Source of the DNA: Opitutales bacterium
Lineage (GTDB): Bacteria; Verrucomicrobiota; Verrucomicrobiia; Opitutales; PNEW01
NCBI GenBank assembly: GCA_965219535.1
Contig: CBDCNV010000001.1
Location: 840,001 to 872,000 of the forward strand
Direction: 5' to 3'
Length of the DNA stretch: 32,000 nt
Below, one piece after another: positions 19,600-26,705 of the stretch. The stretch's first letter is position 1, and every line of letters begins with the position of its first letter. The position numbers and the translations under genes are program-made. The notes under the pieces were generated by a model that made no database searches, was not told the DNA's origin, and saw nothing but the letters and a program-made list of their open reading frames with translations.

Positions 19600-19680
19600 A
19601 TCTATCAACGTAAAGAATTAGTCTGGCTGGAGTGACCCCCAAAGATGGTATCATTTACAGAGAGAGGTTATCGGGGACAG
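19600..19680. mobile_element. Solo terminal remnant (~60-80 bp) of the IS type found intact at 24.4-25.7 kb
   Basis: GTCTGGCTGGAGTGACCCCCAAAGATGGTATCATTTACAGAGAGAGGTTATCGGGG matches the reverse complement of 25672-25727 (right end of IS copy 2) and of 28131-28175. Confidence 0.6.
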
Positions 19681-19789
19681 ATCACCTATACACGAATAAA
19701 CAGAACTTAAAAACCACTTGTTAGGATTTAATCAGATGACGAAACCTGAAGATGCTCCTTGAGGCACGGTTAATACAAAGTTAGAGAGA

Positions 19790-20183
19790 ATTCACTCACT
19801 CTCTCGGCAGCAAGACATAGAGAGTGTCAGGTGTGAGTTGGCGTTAGGTGTCGACGTTGATATCCTCAATGGTAGAGCACTGAATGGTGATGGTGGCAAC
19901 ACCGCGCTATGGTTTGCTACTCAGGGCTCTTCACCAGAGTCAGTTCCACTAGCTCGGCTGTTGGTCGAGTCTGGAGGCAACATAAACCGAGCGTGTGAAA
20001 TAGCTACATTCCGATGCACATGGCTGCGCAGTGGGGGCACCTGCAGCTGGTCAGATTTCTCGTCGACTCAGGCGCCGATCTATTCCCAGAATCTGATGTA
20101 GATGGCACCTCCTGGACAAGGCGCAAAAAGCGGGACGTGATGAGGTTGTAGAATATCTGGAATCACTTAGAGAGGAAACCTAA
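19790..20183 (+). pseudogene. Ankyrin-repeat protein remnant with at least two frameshifts
   Basis: ANK-like segments lie in three different frames: GNTALWFATQGSSPESVPLARLLVESGGNIN (track ORF 19838-20101), HMAAQWGHLQLVRFLVDSGADL, and WHLLDKAQKAGRDEVVEYLESLREET* (stop at 20181-20183). Confidence 0.6.
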
Positions 20184-20256
20184 CTGTCGGCTTCTAGTTG
20201 CTTGCCCATGGCCTTGGCCCGTTTTTTCGTTACTTTTATTTTTTGTTTCGTAATTC

Positions 20257-20580
20257 CTAACGGTCGACATCTAAAGGAATACCAAGCTTGATACGCCGTG
20301 CACTTTCATCACTCATAAACCGGGCTGCGGGTTTAGTTGTTTCACCCCTTAGAGCAGCTAACCGCTTGGCGGGTTCAGGCCAGCTTATATCTGGGTAATG
20401 ATCCGCACAGTAACGCACCAATAAATCGACTGTCCTTATTGTGATCCGACCTGATTTATACCTGATTGCACTATAAGCATGGGCATTGCCTGTAGCTTTG
20501 GCAAACAAAGTCAGTGGAGTAATGCCCCCAGACTCGCAAACCGCGTTGACCAGTTCCTCAATTTCTTCAACGTAGATCAT
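20257..20580 (-). CDS. Hypothetical 107-aa island protein
   Basis: Clean ORF with ATG start. No motif recognised. Its 5' end and upstream region are tandemly duplicated (see repeat 20518-21040). Confidence 0.45.
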   Translation of the reverse strand: MIYVEEIEELVNAVCESGGITPLTLFAKATGNAHAYSAIRYKSGRITIRTVDLLVRYCADHYPDISWPEPAKRLAALRGETTKPAARFMSDESARRIKLGIPLDVDR

Positions 20581-21040
20581 TGTTTATATACAAAGAGTCA
20601 ACTTATATTAAATTACAACATTTATAATAAAAAGGGGAATAGTTAGACCTACAGGTGAGACAAAAGTTAAAATTTCACTTCCACAAAACCCTGATCGGAT
20701 CCAAAATAGCGATTGTGTCACTTCTTTTCAATAGAATCCAAAACAAGCAATGTGCTTGATTTAGCGAGGCCGTATGATACTCCCAAACTCGCAATCCGCG
20801 TCGATCAATCTTTTTAATGTAAATCATTGTTTATATACAAATAGTCAATTTATATTAAATTGCAATATTTATAGTGGAAAAAGGGAACAGATAAACCCAC
20901 AGGCGAGATAGGAGTTAAAATTTCACTTCCACAAAACCCTGATCGGATCCAAAATAGCGATTGTGTCGCTTCTTTTCAACAGAATCCAAAACAAGCAATG
21001 TGCTTGTTTTAGCAAGGCCGTCTAGTGCCCCTAAGATTCG
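20518..21040. repeat. Tandem direct duplication, unit ~246 bp, about 2.1 copies
   Basis: ATCATTGTTTATATACAAA...TTCACTTCCACAAAACCCTGATCGGATCCAAAATAGCGATTGTGTC...AACAAGCAATGTGCTTG occurs at 20577-20773 and 20823-21021 with scattered substitutions. Each unit also carries the first ~55 nt of the 20257-20580 gene (second copy reads MIYIKKIDRRGLRVWEY...). Confidence 0.8.
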
Positions 21041-21143
21041 TTTTGATTTTGTTTTGATATAAAAAGGCGTATAGGGGAAACAACAACCTCATAAGGGATA
21101 GTAGGGTAGCGAGGTGTCGGTTCCCAGCTGGTCGAGATCACGA

Positions 21144-22455
21144 AAACAGGTCCACTAGAAAAGTTAGTCTGGGACACCTGGAAAGGACTCAGACAATGAA
21201 AGGCAAAAGATATACAACTGAAGAGAAGATACGGATGCTACGGCAGGCAGACAAAGGGAAAACGATCCTGGAAGTATGCCGCGAGAACAACATAAGCGAA
21301 CAGACCTACGACCGCTGGAAACGTGAGTTTGGGATGATTGATGTCAACCAGGCCAAGCGGATGAAGGAACTCTTTGAAGGAGAACGCGCGGTTAAAGCGG
21401 ATGCTGGCGGACAAGCTGCTGGGGATAGAGATTCTGCAGAAGACGCTCGAAAAAAAATGGTAGATGTCGCTTATGCTCGGTAGTAAGCCCTGGGCACAAG
21501 CGGCAAGTGGCAGAGAGACTTGTGGCCCGGGGCCAGTGTTCGATACGTGGAGCGTGCCGATACTTTCACCTGCACCGCTCCACCTATGCGTATCGGGCGA
21601 AGTATCCTGATGCCTGGCTAACGAAACTGAAGGCGGCAGTAAGGCGGTTATCACGGCAATACGCGAGGTGGGGCTATCCGAAGATCACGAAGCTGTTGAA
21701 GGACGAAGGCTGGCAGGTGGGTAAACGGCTCGTGCAAGGTCTGCGACGTGAACTGGGCCTGGCGATCCCCCCACGCAAGCCAAGACGCCGGCGCAGGGGT
21801 GTCTCCACCGGGCTGCCGACGAAGGCCGAACATCCCGACCATGTTTGGACCTGGGACTTTATCCACGATAAGACGGTCCGCGGTGGGAATCTCAAAATGC
21901 TGACCGTCCTTGACGAGTACACCCGCGAGTGTCGGGTGATCCATGTCGATCGCCATATCAATGCGGAGAAGGTGCGCGGGGTCATGCAAAAACTGCTCGA
22001 CCGTCATGGGCCACCAAAATATATTCGCAGCGACAATGGATCGGTTCCGAGGAGCGAAGCGACGACATGCGAAGCCATTTATTGGAAGTGAATTGAGAGT
22101 CTGGCTAACTGCGATGAAAATCAATACCCTCTATAGCGAACCAGCAAGCCCTTGGCAGAACGGATACATCGAATCGTTCCATGCACGTTTTCGCGAGGAG
22201 TGTCTAAATCGTGAACAGCTGTGGACTTTGACCGAAGCCCGTGTGGTGATCGAAGATTGGCGCTGGCTTTACAATCATGTTCGACCCCACCGCAGCCTCG
22301 GCAATATTACTCCACAACGTTTCGCTGAAAACCTCAATACCGAAGGCTCGGGCTCCATTCGGGCTACGCCCTCATTGCGCCCAAGTCTTGACTTCCTCTA
22401 CCAACTTAACTTCAACATTAACCTCTCCAGACTAACTCTCTCAGTGGACCTGTTT
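21144..22455 (+). mobile_element. IS3-family insertion sequence, copy 1 (about 1.3 kb), transposase disrupted
   Basis: Imperfect terminal inverted repeats AAACAGGTCCACTAGAAAAGTTAGTCTGG (21144-21172) and CCAGACTAACTCTCTCAGTGGACCTGTTT (22427-22455). OrfA HTH/leucine-zipper plus OrfB DDE (rve) coding content. Confidence 0.75.
21196..21483 (+). pseudogene. IS3 OrfA (HTH transposase subunit) with a frame change near 21370-21376
   Basis: N-terminal KRYTTEEKIRMLRQADKGKTILEVCRENNISEQTYDRWKREF is in the track frame. The expected zipper LKENARLKRMLADKLLGIEILQKTLEKKW* (stop 21461-21463) is in the +1 frame. Confidence 0.7.
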
Positions 22456-22461
22456 GTGTAA
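21507..22461 (+). pseudogene. IS3 OrfB (DDE/rve transposase) split after the DNG motif by a 31-34-nt insert
   Basis: ORF 21507-22091 ends ...HGPPKYIRSDNGSVPRSEATTCEAIYWK*. ORF 21943-22461 (+1 frame) carries ...PFIGSELRVWL...PWQNGYIESFHARFREECLN...HRSLG. Confidence 0.8.
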
Positions 22462-22712
22462 CCCGACCAGCGGCTAAGGAAATTGAATTTGCAGGTTTTG
22501 AAATTGGTGAAAAAGTAGAAGCTTTTCCAACGACACGCTTTCTTGATATTGGCGCCGTTGTTTATTACTTAAGGATGATCCCCTGGCAGATTCCCGATCT
22601 TACTTTGGACAAATACCGCGAAAGATTATTTAAGATTCATCAGCAGATTCAAATAGAAGGAAACCTCAAAGTTCAGAGTCACCGATTTTATATTAAAGCG
22701 ATTAAAGCATGA
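22458..22712 (+). pseudogene. 3' fragment of a class I SAM-dependent methyltransferase gene, 5' part removed at the IS copy 1 boundary
   Basis: Hand translation TRPAAKEIEFAGFEIGEKVEAFPTTRFLDIGAVVYYLRMIPWQIPDLTLDKYRERLFKIHQQIQIEGNLKVQSHRFYIKAIKA*. It resembles the C-terminal region of a methyltransferase family I recall next to resistance-type kinases. The stop overlaps the APH start (ATGA). Confidence 0.55.
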
Positions 22713-23599
22713 AGTCTCGATATATAGATAGAATTAAAAAACATTTTCCCAACATCGATATCAATAATATTAGTGAGAATAATGATGGCCTAATTAATGA
22801 CGTTTTAATCATTAATGAAGATCGGGTATTCCGCTTTGCAAAGGATATTAAAGGCGCAAAGAAGGCATTAAAAAATGAAATACAGTTTGTTAAATTGATA
22901 GCGCCCTACGTTGGGCTAAACGTTCCTGATTTCGATCTTTTAGAAGACGACTTTGTCTCCTATCAATTTATCTCAGGAAAACCACTGCTGCGAAATGATA
23001 TCGTAATTCTCAATGACAGTGATCAGGACAAGATAGCTCAACAATTAGCCGAATTCCTTAAAGCATTACATACACTCCCGGAGGTATTGTGGTTGGAACA
23101 TGAAATTGGACCTTCAGATGTCAATAGAAACCGTGAAGTCTGGTGTAAACTCTACACAGATATTCAAGAACAACTCTTCCCGCATATGATGAGTCACAAT
23201 AAAGAATTGGTAAGGAGACATTTTGAACCAGTTATTTCGAATAAACTTCCAATGGAATATCGGCCCGCTTTAATTAACGGTGATATGGGTACTTATCATA
23301 TCCTCTATGATTCAGCCCAGAAAAAGATTAACGGGGTTATAGATTTCGGGACAGCGGGCGTTGGGGACCCCGCGGCTGATCTAGCATGCATGTTATATTA
23401 CTATGGAGAAAGTTTCGTTCAGAGAATGAATAAATATTATCCGGAACTTAGTGAAGCCATAGACCGTGCTCGATTTTGCGCGGGTACCTTTGAGCTTCAA
23501 TGTGCACTGGGTGGTATTCGGACTAAAAATCTATCGTGGTTCATGATGCATCTTGGAGGAATGAGGGACATGAATCCTTTGGCATTTAAAGCAGAATAA
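22709..23599 (+). CDS. Aminoglycoside phosphotransferase (APH) / phosphotransferase enzyme family kinase
   Basis: 296 aa. Catalytic-loop-like LINGDMGTYHILYD and IDFGTAGVGDPAADLA (Brenner/DFG-type motifs of the APH fold). Confidence 0.75.
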   Translation: MKSRYIDRIKKHFPNIDINNISENNDGLINDVLIINEDRVFRFAKDIKGAKKALKNEIQFVKLIAPYVGLNVPDFDLLEDDFVSYQFISGKPLLRNDIVILNDSDQDKIAQQLAEFLKALHTLPEVLWLEHEIGPSDVNRNREVWCKLYTDIQEQLFPHMMSHNKELVRRHFEPVISNKLPMEYRPALINGDMGTYHILYDSAQKKINGVIDFGTAGVGDPAADLACMLYYYGESFVQRMNKYYPELSEAIDRARFCAGTFELQCALGGIRTKNLSWFMMHLGGMRDMNPLAFKAE

Positions 23600-23615
23600 C
23601 GTAAGAGTCATAAGA

Positions 23616-24149
23616 ATGAATACTATTAGTGAAGCCAGTCGTTGGCGTCGACAGATTGCAGAACAAATTGCAAAGCGTTACGCTGAGAACAGTAAAGTTG
23701 ATGCCGTTTTCTTAGGCGGCTCTGCCGCTCGAGGCTGTGCTGACGGTCATTCAGACATGGAGTTAGGTGTCTTCTGGAATGAAGATCCTTTAAAGGAAGA
23801 GAGGGAAAAGGTAGTTCAATCGTTAGAGTTTATAGATAAACAATATATTGGGATTCATTCCTATAACGCCGATAAGGAAATATGGGACGATGATTTTTAT
23901 CTAGGTACTGACATTCAAGGGAATAGAGCCTCTGGCAGTCTTGTCGAAGTTGGCCCTCAAAGAACGGAGTACATCGAAAGGATTTTAAAGGAAGTAACGG
24001 GAGAATTTAATCCTGACGATATCAAGCAAAGTTTGCTTGTAGGAGTAATCAATGCCATTTCCTACTTTGGTATCGAGAAAATCAACAAGTGGAAATCTGA
24101 TCGGGTTACGCAAACTGGTCCACCAAGAGAGTTAGCCTGGAGAAGTTAA
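23616..24149 (+). CDS. Nucleotidyltransferase-domain protein (KNTase/ANT-like), 3'-truncated by an IS end
   Basis: GGSAARGCADGHSDMELGVFW is the minimal NTase G-S...D-x-D/E motif. The last ~12 codons (from about 24112) are read out of an inverted IS terminus, so the native C-terminus is missing. Confidence 0.6.
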   Translation: MNTISEASRWRRQIAEQIAKRYAENSKVDAVFLGGSAARGCADGHSDMELGVFWNEDPLKEEREKVVQSLEFIDKQYIGIHSYNADKEIWDDDFYLGTDIQGNRASGSLVEVGPQRTEYIERILKEVTGEFNPDDIKQSLLVGVINAISYFGIEKINKWKSDRVTQTGPPRELAWRS

Positions 24150-24206
24150 TGTTTAAGTTAAGTTGGTAGAGGAAGTCAAGGTTTGGGCGCAATGAGGGCG
24201 TAGCCC
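24112..24206 (-). mobile_element. Inverted 95-bp right-end fragment of an IS copy-1-type element
   Basis: AAACTGGTCCACCAAGAGAGTTAGCCTGGAGAAGTTAATGTTTAAGTTAAGTTGGTAGAGGAAGTCAAGGTTTGGGCGCAATGAGGGCGTAGCCC is the near-exact reverse complement of 22361-22455. Confidence 0.75.
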
Positions 24207-24432
24207 GCGTGGTGATCGAAGATTACCGTTGGCTCTACCATCATATCTACCCCCATAGCAGCCTCAGCAATATTACCCCACTGCACTTCGCTGAAGATCT
24301 CAATACCGAAGGTTCAGGCTCCATTCGGGCTAAGCCTTCACTTCGTCAGGATCTCTCCTATACATAAATCCTAATACCATTAATATACGGTAACTCTCTC
24401 ACTTAATAATTGGTACGAAAAACGGGTGACCT
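24203..24432 (+). mobile_element. 3'-terminal fragment (~230 bp) of a copy-1/copy-3-type IS3 element
   Basis: CGTGGTGATCGAAGATTACCGTTGGCTCTACCATCAT...GGCTCCATTCGGGCTAAGCC parallels 22244-22370. The end ...CGGTAACTCTCTCACTTAATAATTGGTACGAAAAACGGGT matches the copy 3 terminus at 30612-30650. Confidence 0.65.
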
Positions 24433-24512
24433 GTCCCCGAAAAACTGGACCAGCAAAGATTTAGTCTGGCATGGGTGAAAAACCTAATATAAGATAGGAG
24501 AAAGAACGACCC

Positions 24513-24812
24513 ATGAAAAGCAAAGGCAAACGCTATAACAAAGAACAAATCATCTATGCCCTAAGGCAGGTAGAAGGCGGTCGAAGGATTGCCGAAGGGT
24601 GCCGAGAGTTAGGCGTAAGCGAACAGACCTACCACCGATGGAAGGGTAAATACGCGGGCCTGGGAATAAGCGAATTAAGACGACTGAAGCAACTCGACGA
24701 AGAGAACGCTAGTTTGAAGAAGCTGGTAGCTGATCTGAGCCTGGACAAGCACATGCTGCAGGAAGTTATCGCAAAAAATTATAAAGCCTGTGCGCAAGAA
24801 GGCGATTACTGA
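24513..24812 (+). CDS. IS3 OrfA (HTH plus leucine zipper)
   Basis: KRYNKEQIIYALRQVEGGRRIAEGCRELGVSEQTYHRWKGKYAGLGISELRRLKQLDEENASLKKLVADLSLDKHMLQEV. Confidence 0.85.
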   Translation: MKSKGKRYNKEQIIYALRQVEGGRRIAEGCRELGVSEQTYHRWKGKYAGLGISELRRLKQLDEENASLKKLVADLSLDKHMLQEVIAKNYKACAQEGDY

Positions 24813-25656
24813 CTGGTTAGTGGAAGCTTATGCGGTGAGCAAACGCCGGGCGTGCAGGCTGATGCAGTTGTCTTGGTCGAGTTATAACTACCAGCCTGTG
24901 AAGAAGGATGAACGCGCGTTGATCGTGCGTATACGTGACCTCGCCTCAGCGCGCGTGCGCTACGGGTATCGGCGAATCACGGTGTTATTAAAGCGGGAAG
25001 GCTGGACGGTAGGAAAGAAACGCGTTTATCGTATTTACAAGGCCGAAGGGCTGGAAGTGCGCACGAAGAAACGAAAGAAGCGTGCTGCGAAAAGGCGGGT
25101 CTCACTGCCTGCGGCTACAGCAGCCCAGGAGCGCTGGTCGATGGACTTTATGAGCGATCGGCTGACCAACGGCCGCCCCTTCCGCATACTCACCGTTGTC
25201 GACCAATACACCCGAGCTTGCCCACTGCTTCTAGCCGATACGTCCATCGGTGGGAGCAAAGTCGTTGCAGCACTTACGAAAGCCGCCGCAGGAATCGGTC
25301 TTCCCCAAACCATTACCGTCGATAATGGTCCCGAGTTTGCCGGCAAAGTACTCGATGAGTGGGCTTATGGCCACGGCATCAAGCTGGATTTTATCCGCCC
25401 AGGCAAACCCGTAGAGAATGGTTATATTAAGAGCTTCAATGGAAGCTTACGAGATGAACTTCTTAACACCGAGCTATTTAGTACGCTCGCTGAAGCGAAA
25501 GAAAAACTTGAAGCCTGGCGGCTTGATTATAATACTCAAAGACCACACAGTTCTCTGGGCTATCGGCCTCCGGCCGAATACGTCCACAGAGCCATGTCTA
25601 AGCAAATTAAAACCCATACCACCCTGCCGGAACTAACACTGGCTCTGGTACAGTAA
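24790..25656 (+). CDS. IS3 OrfB (DDE/rve transposase)
   Basis: WSMDFMSD (D1), ITVDNGPEFAGK (D2), PGKPVENGYIKSFNGSLRDELLN (E region), QRPHSSLGYRPPAEY. The frame is +1 relative to OrfA, which is unusual (see findings). Confidence 0.85.
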   Translation: MRKKAITDWLVEAYAVSKRRACRLMQLSWSSYNYQPVKKDERALIVRIRDLASARVRYGYRRITVLLKREGWTVGKKRVYRIYKAEGLEVRTKKRKKRAAKRRVSLPAATAAQERWSMDFMSDRLTNGRPFRILTVVDQYTRACPLLLADTSIGGSKVVAALTKAAAGIGLPQTITVDNGPEFAGKVLDEWAYGHGIKLDFIRPGKPVENGYIKSFNGSLRDELLNTELFSTLAEAKEKLEAWRLDYNTQRPHSSLGYRPPAEYVHRAMSKQIKTHTTLPELTLALVQ

Positions 25657-26289
25657 ACGGGTGCAGGTCATTATCCCGATAACCTCTCTCTGTAAATGAT
25701 ACGATTTTGGGGGGTCACTCCAGACCCGAATCGATAGGACTGAATGGTTTACCTTGTCGTGTCTAATGAATTTCGTAAACCATGTCTTGAACTCCGTTCG
25801 ATCACGACTCGTTGTACCAATAAAAGGGTATTACCCCGATCACACGGTAGGCGAACAATGCAGATGCAATGTTTGATTCGACGGTTAGATTACAGGACGA
25901 ACCGCAATCATTCTCAAAAACAAATAAAGTAAGAATGCTGTCTTCTCAGAATTAAGCCCTCAGAGTTATATATGCAAATTCTTGAACTCGGTCATCGGTG
26001 AACCAATCTAGTAATTGAATCTTCATTATTTTCAGGACTGTCATCTCGAAGTTGCAGATTGTTACAGTTAATAACATATAATGAGATCGAGCGACATCCG
26101 CTCCCTCCATACTCCCCACTTTTTGCTATTTAACGCTATATACTACTATTTAGTTTCTCTGGACATAAGCGAGAAGATGATTCATGAGTGCTTATTAATT
26201 AATATAAAACATTGATATATAAGGAGTACTAAGGAGGAGAGTTGAACTCCCTATCAAAGGGCTGTATGGTCTTTGAGCATTATAATCAT

Positions 26290-26425
26290 GATCGGAGCCC
26301 ATTTTTCGTACCCGTTTAAGTGAGAGAGTTATCGGGTGTTAATGGTTTTAGGATTGGTGTATAGGAGAGATCTTGGCGAAATGAGGGCGTAGCCCGAACG
26401 CGGCCAAAAGCGGAAAGGAATCTGA
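26290..26425 (-). mobile_element. Inverted ~135-bp right-end fragment of a copy-3-type IS3 element
   Basis: GATCGGAGCCCATTTTTCGTACCCGTTTAAGTGAGAGAGTTATCGGGTG...GGCGAAATGAGGGCGTAGCCCGAACGCGGCCAAAAGCGGAAAGGAATCTG is the reverse complement of the 30523-30658 type sequence. Confidence 0.7.
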
Positions 26426-26540
26426 TAAACGCTTGTGGGAGAAGTTAATTTAAGGAGAATATTGACCAGAAATTATAGTGAACATGTGAATAGTATATAT
26501 GTTTGAAAAATAATTATTAATATATAAAAATTATAAACTT

Positions 26541-26705
26541 ATGAGTGATAAATCTAATATCGAATGGACGGATGCTACCTGGAACCCAGTACGGGGTTGC
26601 ACGAAAATATCTCCTGGCTGCAAGAATTGTTACGCAGAAACATTCGCAGAAAGATTCCGTGGAGTTATCGGTCACCCATATGAATTTGGATTCGATTTGC
26701 GTTTA
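26541..26705 (+). pseudogene. 5' fragment (about 55 codons) of a phage Gp37/Gp68-family (DUF5131) gene
   Basis: [55 protein letters not shown] matches the conserved N-terminus of that family as I recall it. The remainder of track ORF 26541-26774 is antisense to the helicase gene and unrelated. Confidence 0.65.

Larger units (their letters stand above)
24433..25747 (+). mobile_element. IS3-family insertion sequence, copy 2 (both ORFs uninterrupted; boundaries approximate)
   Basis: OrfA plus OrfB with a complete DDE core. Left subterminal CTGGACCAGCAAAGATTTAGTCTGG parallels the copy 1 IRL. Right subterminal block ...GGTTATCGGG.../...GGTCACTCCAGAC recurs at 19.6 and 28.1 kb. Confidence 0.65.

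Noticed and set aside
20190-20256. Intrinsic terminator between the ankyrin remnant and the 107-aa gene (GCCCATGGCCTTGGCCCG followed by T6)
   Set aside because: I could not draw a stable stem of more than 4 bp. Only the T-run is present.
20518-21040. Possible CRISPR array
   Set aside because: There are only about two copies of a ~246-bp unit containing a gene start, with no short repeat-spacer periodicity. No other CRISPR-like periodic repeats were seen in the window.
22044-22074. GT...AG boundaries of the mini-inserts as spliceosomal-type introns
   Set aside because: Both variants can be delimited as GT...AG (31 nt and 42 nt), and removal restores plausible protein. But bacteria lack a spliceosome, the segments are far too short for group I or II introns, and dinucleotide ends are expected by chance. 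Kept only as a note on boundary ambiguity.
22038-22086. T4 gene 60-style translational bypass (GGA take-off, GGA landing)
   Set aside because: The matching GGA codons exist only in copy 1, there is no stop codon after the take-off codon, and copy 1 has two additional frame lesions. It is mentioned in the finding as the least likely explanation.
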